Virus record (IMG/VR): IMGVR_UViG_3300026302_000005 | Location: 337,301 to 375,937 of that record | Origin: a virus | Taxonomy: Duplodnaviria > Heunggongvirae > Uroviricota > Caudoviricetes | DNA: 38,637 bases | Direction: 5' to 3' (one strand) | In this document: piece after piece, positions 18,336 through 26,133 of the stretch | Layout: each line of letters begins with the position of its first letter | Position numbering within the stretch: the first letter of the stretch is position 1 | Program-made: the position numbers and the translations under genes | Notes under the pieces: model-generated | Told to the model about the DNA's origin: nothing | Seen by the model: only the letters and a program-made list of their open reading frames with translations | Databases searched by the model: none

Positions 18336-18726
18336 ACGACTGACCGAGAAACAGGTCGATGTGGCGGCACTGAAAATCGTGAAGTTCGTGCGGAGTAAGG
18401 TTCCGCTGGAATTCGCTGATGCTGTGGCCCCTTTCCCGGGATACGACACAGTGAGCACCAGCGTGGAACTGGAAGACAGTCCGGTCGGGAAAGTGCTGTT
18501 CTCGATGAGCTTCGATGACCTGGGGCTGTTCCTGCATGTGCGGGTGCGTGACCCCAAGCGGTTCACCTACTGGAACGACGGTTACAACCATCACTCGGGA
18601 AAGTTCAACCTGCATCGGCATCGGGCGCAATACCGGAACTTCGATGAATTCCTGACGGCTTGCCAGATGGATGCGGTCGAACACATCCAGGAAATTCTGA
18701 ACTACGAAGCCAAGGTGGCAGCATGA
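18322..18726 (+). CDS. hypothetical protein
   Basis: ATG 18322 after GGAG; coding-like codon usage. Confidence 0.65.
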   Translation: MGVYRRLTEKQVDVAALKIVKFVRSKVPLEFADAVAPFPGYDTVSTSVELEDSPVGKVLFSMSFDDLGLFLHVRVRDPKRFTYWNDGYNHHSGKFNLHRHRAQYRNFDEFLTACQMDAVEHIQEILNYEAKVAA

Positions 18727-18971
18727 GCACGAAGGGGAAATACGTGATCCTGGACGGATACCTCTGCGAACTTCCGTTCATCTTCCACAACTCGATCAGT
18801 CATGACAATTTTGCGCAAGCTCTTTCCCACCTGGGAAAGCCGGTGAGTGCCGGGTTCGTAGATGTGGTGGATGGGGAAGTGTCGGCTCATGGCAAATCCT
18901 ACAGTCTCAAGTTGGGATCACGCCCGGTCGATTCGGAAATCATTCAACGGCTTATGGGCCAAACGGAGTAG
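18723..18971 (+). CDS. phage hypothetical protein
   Basis: KYV.....PFIF...ISH....VSAGF......G.S.SL...SR..D pattern; ATGA-coupled. Confidence 0.7.
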   Translation: MSTKGKYVILDGYLCELPFIFHNSISHDNFAQALSHLGKPVSAGFVDVVDGEVSAHGKSYSLKLGSRPVDSEIIQRLMGQTE

Positions 18972-19057
18972 GTCAGCGGACGGTGCCGGGAACTGATACC
19001 CTTCCCAAACATCCGCAGCAGAAGCCGGGGCCCTCCTTTTACCCTGGTGATTCTGCC

Positions 19058-19090
19058 ATCGGCCCGGGAGTGATCCCGGGCCGATCTTTT
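19058..19090 (+). terminator. intrinsic terminator
   Basis: Perfect 12 bp stem ATCGGCCCGGGA/TCCCGGGCCGAT with a GTGA loop, followed by CTTTT. Confidence 0.85.
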
Positions 19091-19962
19091 CAATCAATCT
19101 CAAATGCGGATCGAGATGGAGGATTTGTCAGATCGATCTGTTTCACACCTTCGAATTCCGGCTTGGTCCTGGGCTGATAATACCCACGCGAGTTGTTCAC
19201 GAACCTGATACCCTCGGCATCAAAGTCATAGCTATCATGGGTGTGTCCGAAGACCCACGCCTTGATCTTTTGTGCCTTATCCGCGATCCACACCTGGCCC
19301 ATGATGGCGTTCATGTATGAACCATTGAGATGGCCCCACTGGTGGTTGTCCGGAAGCAAACCCTTACGATGTGGGATCGTATGGGTAACCACCACCACGT
19401 GTTTGATATCATCGCGGTTCTGAACGGACTCCACGATCTCCCGCAGCTTTTCCGCATGCTTGGTGGCCAGCTTATCCGGATATCCACCGGGGTCAAACCG
19501 AATGCATTTGGAATCGTTCGATTCGGACTTCCAGAACTGATGCTGTTGGTCCCGACTGGTCCAACTGTGCGAGGTCCAATCATACCACCCATTGGCCCCA
19601 ACAAACAGAGTATCACCGAGCAATACCCAGGATGCATTCAGATACGACACCGATGGGTGTGTCTCCGAATACTCTTGAAAAAGCTGAGTGTTGGACCCAA
19701 CGGTGACATCACTCCGCCTATACCCATCATAGTGCTCGTGATTGCCATCGGTGAAGATGACATGAGGGTAGAATTGCGAGGCTTCCTCGATCACCGCAAG
19801 GCTTGTATGAGCATCGTTGCTGCAATCACCGGCAATCACCAGGACGTCGGATTTCCGCTCCAGGTGCCATGGGTAGATCGAACTCATCCCATCGAATGCG
19901 GGGTGATCCTCCCACATGGTGTTGTGGGTGACATGCATGTCTGAGATGAGATCGAATTTCAT
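19090..19962 (-). CDS. calcineurin-like metallophosphoesterase
   Basis: SDMH, AGD, GNHE, TH and FGHTH motifs. True start MKFDL at 19962 with AGGAG RBS. Confidence 0.9.
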   Translation of the reverse strand: MKFDLISDMHVTHNTMWEDHPAFDGMSSIYPWHLERKSDVLVIAGDCSNDAHTSLAVIEEASQFYPHVIFTDGNHEHYDGYRRSDVTVGSNTQLFQEYSETHPSVSYLNASWVLLGDTLFVGANGWYDWTSHSWTSRDQQHQFWKSESNDSKCIRFDPGGYPDKLATKHAEKLREIVESVQNRDDIKHVVVVTHTIPHRKGLLPDNHQWGHLNGSYMNAIMGQVWIADKAQKIKAWVFGHTHDSYDFDAEGIRFVNNSRGYYQPRTKPEFEGVKQIDLTNPPSRSAFEID

Positions 19963-20001
19963 GGCAGTTCTCCTGATACCCCAATGTAGGTGATATTTCG
20001 A

Positions 20002-20030
20002 TTGACACAACCCATAAATCCTGGTAAAAA
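20002..20030 (+). promoter_or_regulatory. sigma70-like promoter TTGACA-N17-TAAAAA
   Basis: Resembles the minus-strand promoter at 35051-35079. Confidence 0.6.
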
Positions 20031-20055
20031 GATGGCAACAGATATGGAGATGGAC

Positions 20056-20511
20056 ATGCCGACAGTTCGCGTCACTATGGAAAACCGCCTGGGCCTGTTT
20101 GGTCGTCGTGTCCTGACCATCTACGGGGCGATGTTTCCGACCGTCGAGGGCATGATCGTGAACCAGCGACTGTCCGAGCGTGGCATCGAACTCTACGTGA
20201 AGTTTGACCGCGAATACGAGGGGATGGAAGGTCAGTGGGTGTCGCAGTTCTACGAGAATGCCCACAGCGAAATCGGCCATCACCTGCTGGCCGACGTGTG
20301 GGGCCCGGATGAGGCATTCGGCGATTTCGTCGAAACCGCCGAAGGTATCATGCGGGCCATCGGGATGCACTACAACCCGGGCGACTGGACCGATGATCTC
20401 CAGGAATTCGCCGATGCCGAGGAAGCTGGTCAGACCCCCCGGGAGATGGCGGTGGACTGGATGCAGAACTACGATGAACTGCGGGCCAACTACAACGAAG
20501 AGGTTGAGTGA
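20056..20511 (+). CDS. hypothetical protein
   Basis: ATG after GGAG; acidic protein. Confidence 0.7.
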   Translation: MPTVRVTMENRLGLFGRRVLTIYGAMFPTVEGMIVNQRLSERGIELYVKFDREYEGMEGQWVSQFYENAHSEIGHHLLADVWGPDEAFGDFVETAEGIMRAIGMHYNPGDWTDDLQEFADAEEAGQTPREMAVDWMQNYDELRANYNEEVE

Positions 20512-20999
20512 TGGGCAACTACGTCGGGTTTACCAAAGACCAGATCGAGCAGCTTCTGGTGGCCGAAATGGGATTCTCGCAAATCCCATCGAAGAGTGAA
20601 TTCGTCTATACCCGCCCGGTCATCACCAGATCGGGAATTGAATTTCCATATGCGATCCAGGTCTACTCGTCCGTGCTGACCTCGACCCGCTACACCGATG
20701 AATCCGGTGCCGATGCTATCCGCGTGGTTCTGTTGGACACCGTGACCGGTAAGCCCGCCGTTGGCAAGCAGAAGCGGGTGCATCGCACCAAGAATGCGTT
20801 CCCGAACCTGCGTGAGCGTTGCCGCGATCTGTTCAAGATCGTGCTGGAAGGGGAGAAATGCCCCAAGTGTGCAGCACTGATGGCGGTCCGTGCAAATAAG
20901 AAGGACGGACACCAGTTTTTGTCCTGCACCCATTACGCCCCGGGCAAGCCCTATCATTGCACCGGGACGAAAGCCCTGACCCAAGGAGAACCAGCATGA
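20508..20999 (+). CDS. hypothetical protein with C-terminal topoisomerase-type C4 Zn ribbon
   Basis: CPKCAALMAVRANKKDGHQFLSCTHY..CTGT. Confidence 0.75.
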   Translation: MMGNYVGFTKDQIEQLLVAEMGFSQIPSKSEFVYTRPVITRSGIEFPYAIQVYSSVLTSTRYTDESGADAIRVVLLDTVTGKPAVGKQKRVHRTKNAFPNLRERCRDLFKIVLEGEKCPKCAALMAVRANKKDGHQFLSCTHYAPGKPYHCTGTKALTQGEPA

Positions 21000-21298
21000 A
21001 ACTCGCATTGATCGCCGCACTGATGACCGGCCTTGGTGTCGCCCCGCTGATGGCCCAAGAAGCCACACCCGGGGTGGACATGTCCGACCCCTACTGGACC
21101 TCAGTGGAGTTCGTCCAGGGCTACTGCCAGCACCGCAATGCCGTCTACAAGGATGCGATGGCACGTGGTATCGAGGTGAACCCAAGCGATGCGGCCTTTG
21201 AAACATGGATCGTGGAGGATTTCATCGGTATTTTCACGGGGATCGGCATGCGTGTGATCGGCGAACAGCCCACGCTCACCCCAGACATGTGTTTGTGA
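20996..21298 (+). CDS. putative exported protein
   Basis: Signal peptide MKLALIAALMTGLGVAPLMAQE; GGAG RBS. Confidence 0.7.
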   Translation: MKLALIAALMTGLGVAPLMAQEATPGVDMSDPYWTSVEFVQGYCQHRNAVYKDAMARGIEVNPSDAAFETWIVEDFIGIFTGIGMRVIGEQPTLTPDMCL

Positions 21299-21305
21299 GG
21301 AAATC

Positions 21306-21596
21306 ATGGCATTCGCAACATGCGTGATCATCGCCGGGTCTCTGTGGATGACCGGCGATCCGGGCAGCGACATGATCCAGGCAGTCCGGATTTCCAAAGA
21401 GCCTGCATACGAAACCGTGCAGGTATGGGATGGTGCCAACTTCCAATACCAGTATGATGTGCATCAACATCAACTTCGCATGGGGACGGAAGAATTCCTC
21501 TCCGACTGCATCGCCATGGGCTATACGATGCCGGTGCCGCAGGCCGAGCCCTATGATGACATCGATGATGAAGAGACAACAGGAGTGGGCGAGTAA
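21306..21596 (+). CDS. putative membrane-anchored small protein
   Basis: N-terminal hydrophobic segment; GAGG RBS. Confidence 0.6.
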   Translation: MAFATCVIIAGSLWMTGDPGSDMIQAVRISKEPAYETVQVWDGANFQYQYDVHQHQLRMGTEEFLSDCIAMGYTMPVPQAEPYDDIDDEETTGVGE

Positions 21597-21955
21597 TGAC
21601 CGCAGTCACATATCACTACAATGGCATCCTTACCCAGCAGGTAACGGATTGGGTGCATGGGATGTTGCAGGACTATCCGTTTGTCCTGGAAGTGATCCAC
21701 ATGGCCCCGGTCGTCGATTTCGATGCGCTGTTCGCCGACCGTAGCTGGGAATCCGCTGGCGAAGACTGCATGGGACAACGCACAACCATGCATCGAACCG
21801 GTGTTCCGTTCGGGTATGTTCGGAAATACGACTACCACAACGACGATCTGACCGGGTTCCTGTTCTTGAAGGATTCGGATTCTTACAGGCGGTTCATCGA
21901 GCGGTTCCCGGAACTGATTGTAAACCCGACACCGTTTCGAACTGAGTTCGCCTGA
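21596..21955 (+). CDS. hypothetical protein
   Basis: TAATG-coupled 119 aa ORF. Confidence 0.65.
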   Translation: MTAVTYHYNGILTQQVTDWVHGMLQDYPFVLEVIHMAPVVDFDALFADRSWESAGEDCMGQRTTMHRTGVPFGYVRKYDYHNDDLTGFLFLKDSDSYRRFIERFPELIVNPTPFRTEFA

Positions 21956-21995
21956 CAGGGTTGCTTTTACAGAGGACATTTCAGAGCGATCAGAC

Positions 21996-22001
21996 TAAAT
22001 A
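21996..22001 (+). promoter_or_regulatory. late-type promoter TAAATA heading the 12 kb operon
   Basis: Intergenic, 27 nt before ATG 22028. The same hexamer precedes the lysin and PAAR genes. Confidence 0.65.
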
Positions 22002-22027
22002 TCGGAGAACCTCTGGAGAATTCCCCG

Positions 22028-24337
22028 ATGAAATCGTCCCTCGTCCACCACTTGATGGAAAACGCCAAAATCTCAAAGTCTGCACCGGGTGAAATGCACA
22101 AGCCGGGTTATGAGAACATTCATACTCCAGACAATCACACAACGGGCAAGAAAAAGCGTGAAGTCGATGGGTCTCGTAATCTCGGCGGGACACCCGACGG
22201 TGCCAAGCGAACACCACAGGTTCAGCCCCCAAAGGCCAAAGAACGTCGCAGCATGACGGAGAATTCCGTCGTTGATGCCATCATGGGATTCATGATGAAG
22301 ATGTCCGGGCCCAAATTTGGTCGTCAGCTTTACGACCAACTCAAGAACGAAGAGCCGGGACTTTACAAAGAACTCGTCGATATGTTCACCAGCCTGGTTA
22401 GCCGTGGCAATCTGACGGATCGTCAGATGATGGCCGCTCTTCAACAGGACCCGAGGGCTATGCCATTGGCGATGAAAATCCGCGATTGGGCCCAAGACAA
22501 ACTACCCCCACAATTCGATGATTGGGCGGAAAAGAAAAGCCGGAAGCTCGGGCTGGGCGAAGACTTCGCCGATAACCCCGATGGCAAGGCCGTGCCGGTG
22601 ACATCCAAGGCCAAAGACAAAGACGAAGGTATGAAGAAGCCATCGGTTGCCAAGGCCGGTCCAGTGGCCCGTGGTGCCCGTATTGGATCGATTGGTGACA
22701 ACAAGGACAACCCCGCAGACATCGGTAAGGTCCGCAAGCTCCCTGCCGGATACACCGGTGGGGTGTCAGCACCGATCAAAAAGATTCGGGAAGGACTGCG
22801 GTCTCTCACCAAAGACCTCGGCAACCTCAAACTGGACCCCAGTGTGATGCGGGATGTGTTCGAAAACTATCCAGACGATATGGATTGGAATGTGTTCGAC
22901 CGCTACATGGGGACAGGCGATGATGAGGCCGCATATGATGATGCTATGGAGCAAATGCGGGATGCCGTAGAGCATGCCATCGGCAAGGACCTACAGGCAT
23001 ACGCCCGAGAGATCAAATCGAGTGATGATCCGGAATCCCGTATGGAGTCCATTACAGGTTTCTACGAGGCCATTCTTGATGTTGCAAGTGAGGCCATGTC
23101 GGAATTCGATGATGCCGACTACGTTGGCCACGTAAACAAACAGTTCATTGCGGCACTATCCCGATACGTCGATAAGGGCGAGATCAAGCAGGCCATTCGT
23201 GATTACACCGGGAATGAACCGGTGGAAGAGATGTCTTCTGGTGGGGCCGTGGGTGCGGGTGCCATTCCGGCTACCACTGTGGCCGGTGGTCAACGTCATC
23301 GCAGCCAGCTATTCGCTGATGCTGAGGCTGGAAAAAACCCGGATGGAATCGACTTCATTCCACAAACCGTCAAGTCTTACATTATGGCGTTGGATGCCTA
23401 TATGGAGCCTACCCACGGATTGACCTGGGATGCCATTGGAGCAGATTCGGTGCAGATCAAGCGAGCCATCCAAGCTGGAATGACCCCACAGGAGTTTGCC
23501 GATGGTATCGCCGAACACATGGGGCTGACAGACGATCCAATGGAGTCTTCCGGAAAAAAGCCGTTTGGCGGGCCCGGTAGAAACCGTAAGCCCGCCGTCG
23601 AGGCTGGTGGCTACGATCCCTACCCAGGACATCACCCGGCTGGCAAGCCGCAATACAAGACGTATCGCGATCTCGTCAACCTCGTGAAGGAACGATTGAA
23701 GGCACCCGGCAATACCCTGACCACACAGCAAATGGCCGGTCAGGTTGCAAGGGAATTCGCCGGTCAGTTCGGGCCCTTCGAGCGCACCTTCGATCAACTG
23801 ATGCAATTGATTCGTGGTGATGAGATTGGCACTCGTCATGGTGTGAAAGAAGATGGTGAAGACATCTCCACCTATGGCCAATACGCAGACAAACTTCGTA
23901 GTATGGGAATTCGCAGTATGGGCGGCAGCAAAGCCGAAACTGTGAACAATGCGATGGCATTCCGGTTCGCTATGCCGAAAGCCTACAACACCCCGAGGGC
24001 CGGAACCCTGGATGTCTATGTGCGTGGAGATGCAGAAGGGCCGTTCAATCCCCGACCCGTAATCGGATGGAGGATGTCCCAGGTTCCGCACCAATTCACC
24101 GGTCTCGGAAAAGGATGGGATGAACTGGTTCAACGTCTTGAAGCTCTGGACGGAAATCCGAAGACCGAGGACGCCCATGACATGATGCCCCGGCAGACCC
24201 AACAGATCGACCGGGGTAACGCGATGGGGTTCAAAGACGCGGATGAAATCCTTGACCCGGCCAGCATTCCGTATGGTCCGAACTCCGGTGATCCCCGGGC
24301 CAACGAAAGTGTCAAGCGTCCAAGCCGTTACAAGTGA
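22028..24337 (+). CDS. large putative internal head/core protein with many [LVIM]-x-E sites
   Basis: Charged and low-complexity segments separated by LME, MTE, LGE, IRE, VEE, PME, VKE and ANE; no catalytic motif recognised. Confidence 0.6.
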   Translation: MKSSLVHHLMENAKISKSAPGEMHKPGYENIHTPDNHTTGKKKREVDGSRNLGGTPDGAKRTPQVQPPKAKERRSMTENSVVDAIMGFMMKMSGPKFGRQLYDQLKNEEPGLYKELVDMFTSLVSRGNLTDRQMMAALQQDPRAMPLAMKIRDWAQDKLPPQFDDWAEKKSRKLGLGEDFADNPDGKAVPVTSKAKDKDEGMKKPSVAKAGPVARGARIGSIGDNKDNPADIGKVRKLPAGYTGGVSAPIKKIREGLRSLTKDLGNLKLDPSVMRDVFENYPDDMDWNVFDRYMGTGDDEAAYDDAMEQMRDAVEHAIGKDLQAYAREIKSSDDPESRMESITGFYEAILDVASEAMSEFDDADYVGHVNKQFIAALSRYVDKGEIKQAIRDYTGNEPVEEMSSGGAVGAGAIPATTVAGGQRHRSQLFADAEAGKNPDGIDFIPQTVKSYIMALDAYMEPTHGLTWDAIGADSVQIKRAIQAGMTPQEFADGIAEHMGLTDDPMESSGKKPFGGPGRNRKPAVEAGGYDPYPGHHPAGKPQYKTYRDLVNLVKERLKAPGNTLTTQQMAGQVAREFAGQFGPFERTFDQLMQLIRGDEIGTRHGVKEDGEDISTYGQYADKLRSMGIRSMGGSKAETVNNAMAFRFAMPKAYNTPRAGTLDVYVRGDAEGPFNPRPVIGWRMSQVPHQFTGLGKGWDELVQRLEALDGNPKTEDAHDMMPRQTQQIDRGNAMGFKDADEILDPASIPYGPNSGDPRANESVKRPSRYK

Positions 24338-24352
24338 TTATGAGGAAACCCC

Positions 24353-24820
24353 GTGCAATTTCGCCAGCTATTCGAGAACTCCGACAACGGAACATTCATT
24401 GGCGTCAGGCTGACCACGGCCAGTGCCAATGATGTTCTGACGTGGCTCGATCAGAACAAGATCAAGAATCCCACTCCGTTTCGAGAATTGCACGTAACCC
24501 TTCTGTTGGACAAAACCAGTCCCATCGATCATTCCCCGACGCGATACGATCCTCCACTGGTGGCCGATCCTGATAGCTACAAGATCGAACTATTCGGCAG
24601 AAATCAGGACATACTGGTTCTTACGTTCGATTGTCCCCAACTGGAAGCCCGTCACACAATGCTTCGGAAGAAGTATGGAGTCCATTGGGACTGGGACGAA
24701 TACAAACCCCACATCACGTTGACCACCACAGTTCAAGAGGTCACCGAACCACTAGAACCCCCGACATTCAAAATCGAAATGGATCGGGAGTATGTGACGG
24801 AATTCGATCCATCATGGTAG
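24353..24820 (+). CDS. 2H phosphodiesterase, T4 gp57B/Acb1-like (anti-CBASS candidate)
   Basis: Two HxT motifs (LHVTL, PHITL) plus NPTP, LVLTFD..L..RH, D.YKPHITL and DREY....W, as I recall them from gp57B. GTG start with GAGG RBS. Confidence 0.8.
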   Translation: MQFRQLFENSDNGTFIGVRLTTASANDVLTWLDQNKIKNPTPFRELHVTLLLDKTSPIDHSPTRYDPPLVADPDSYKIELFGRNQDILVLTFDCPQLEARHTMLRKKYGVHWDWDEYKPHITLTTTVQEVTEPLEPPTFKIEMDREYVTEFDPSW

Positions 24821-26133
24821 CCCTGACCGAGAAGAGCAAAGACAACATCACGTTGTATCGCGGAGATTCATCCGAGGTCAAGCAATACCTTCTCGGGAAG
24901 GCCGATCCGGATGCACTGGTTGGTCGCGGTATCTATCTGACCAGTTCTTTTGCCGTCGCAAAAGACTACACCATCAAGGGAAACCAGGAGGGGGTTGTCT
25001 ACAAATCCGAACCCAATATCGACCCCCGGGAATTCCTTCGACAGGAGTTCCATAAAAAGCTCTCTGGGCCCCAGGAAATCATACTGCGGGCATTTTCTAC
25101 GGCGATTGATGATGAGGTATACCGGTTCTCCACCATCGCCCAGAACGAGATTGATCAGACCATCGGAACAGGTCGGGATGCACGACAGCACCCTCGTTAC
25201 AACGAACTTACCAGGTGGCTCTCATTGGCTCGATCCTACTGCACCGCATACCTGTGGAAGATTTCGCAGCCCGTGCTGTTCAAACATCTTCGTGGCCTCT
25301 TTGACCAGACGTATGCGGACTTCAAACAGAGCTTTGAAGGCACCCGTATGCTACAAACGGTGCTGAAAGAATTGGTGGTGCTCCGTGACGATCAGATCGG
25401 ACAAGTAGCAAGATTTCGAGTTCCAAAGAACTACCTGGATCGGACATACCGGGTTGACGATCCCATGCCGGGGTGGCTGATCACGTGGATCGCCCGCTAC
25501 AGCCATGATGTCACCGGCCAGGATATCTCTACCAAAAGAGTCGATCTTCGCTACAATGATCCCACCAAGGGTGAAACCCATGCGGATAATCTCGGGGATT
25601 GGTTGGACAAGTTCCGCGAACATGGCATGCGGTATGCATGGAGTGAACACAATGTTGGGGGCAATGGGGAGAACCCGTCACTGCTGGAATTCATTCTGGG
25701 CACCCATTTCGGCGGTATGCTCCAGCATCAGCCCGTGAAGGAGAATCAGAAACCTCTGTGGGATGCACTGATCGACTTCCTGATCACCCGGGGTTACAAG
25801 GGGTTCCACTATCAAGGTGGTCGCAGAACCGGTGGAGGACACTTTGCAGGCGGTTCGCCTATCAAGCATGATGCCTATTCCCTATGGATCGAAAAGGACA
25901 TCCAGGGCTTCCGTGTGAGTGCCAAACCACTAGGGTTGGATGGCACCGATCCCAGGCTGTTTCAGCGGTTCCGGTTCGACACGACGATGAACCAACTGAA
26001 CCAGTATTTCGACTATCATACCCGCCCGCTCAAGTATCGCGATGATGTTGCCAATGTTGCCCAAATAGAGGATACGGCTCAAGCATGGTTGTCGTCCGGA
26101 GCACTCGATAAGAAGTTGGGAGTCGAAGTATGA
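24814..26133 (+). CDS. ADP-ribosyltransferase-like protein
   Basis: ITLYRGD......GRGIYLTSS..VAKDY and a late GYKGFHY motif. Start MVALTE at 24814. Confidence 0.6.
   Translation: MVALTEKSKDNITLYRGDSSEVKQYLLGKADPDALVGRGIYLTSSFAVAKDYTIKGNQEGVVYKSEPNIDPREFLRQEFHKKLSGPQEIILRAFSTAIDDEVYRFSTIAQNEIDQTIGTGRDARQHPRYNELTRWLSLARSYCTAYLWKISQPVLFKHLRGLFDQTYADFKQSFEGTRMLQTVLKELVVLRDDQIGQVARFRVPKNYLDRTYRVDDPMPGWLITWIARYSHDVTGQDISTKRVDLRYNDPTKGETHADNLGDWLDKFREHGMRYAWSEHNVGGNGENPSLLEFILGTHFGGMLQHQPVKENQKPLWDALIDFLITRGYKGFHYQGGRRTGGGHFAGGSPIKHDAYSLWIEKDIQGFRVSAKPLGLDGTDPRLFQRFRFDTTMNQLNQYFDYHTRPLKYRDDVANVAQIEDTAQAWLSSGALDKKLGVEV

Noticed and set aside
18983-19177. 64 aa plus-strand ORF
   Set aside because: No RBS; it crosses a strong terminator and overlaps the convergent gene.
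19963-20370. N-terminal extension making the metallophosphoesterase 426 aa
   Set aside because: It overlaps the plus-strand gene and its promoter. The catalytic domain and RBS begin at 19962.
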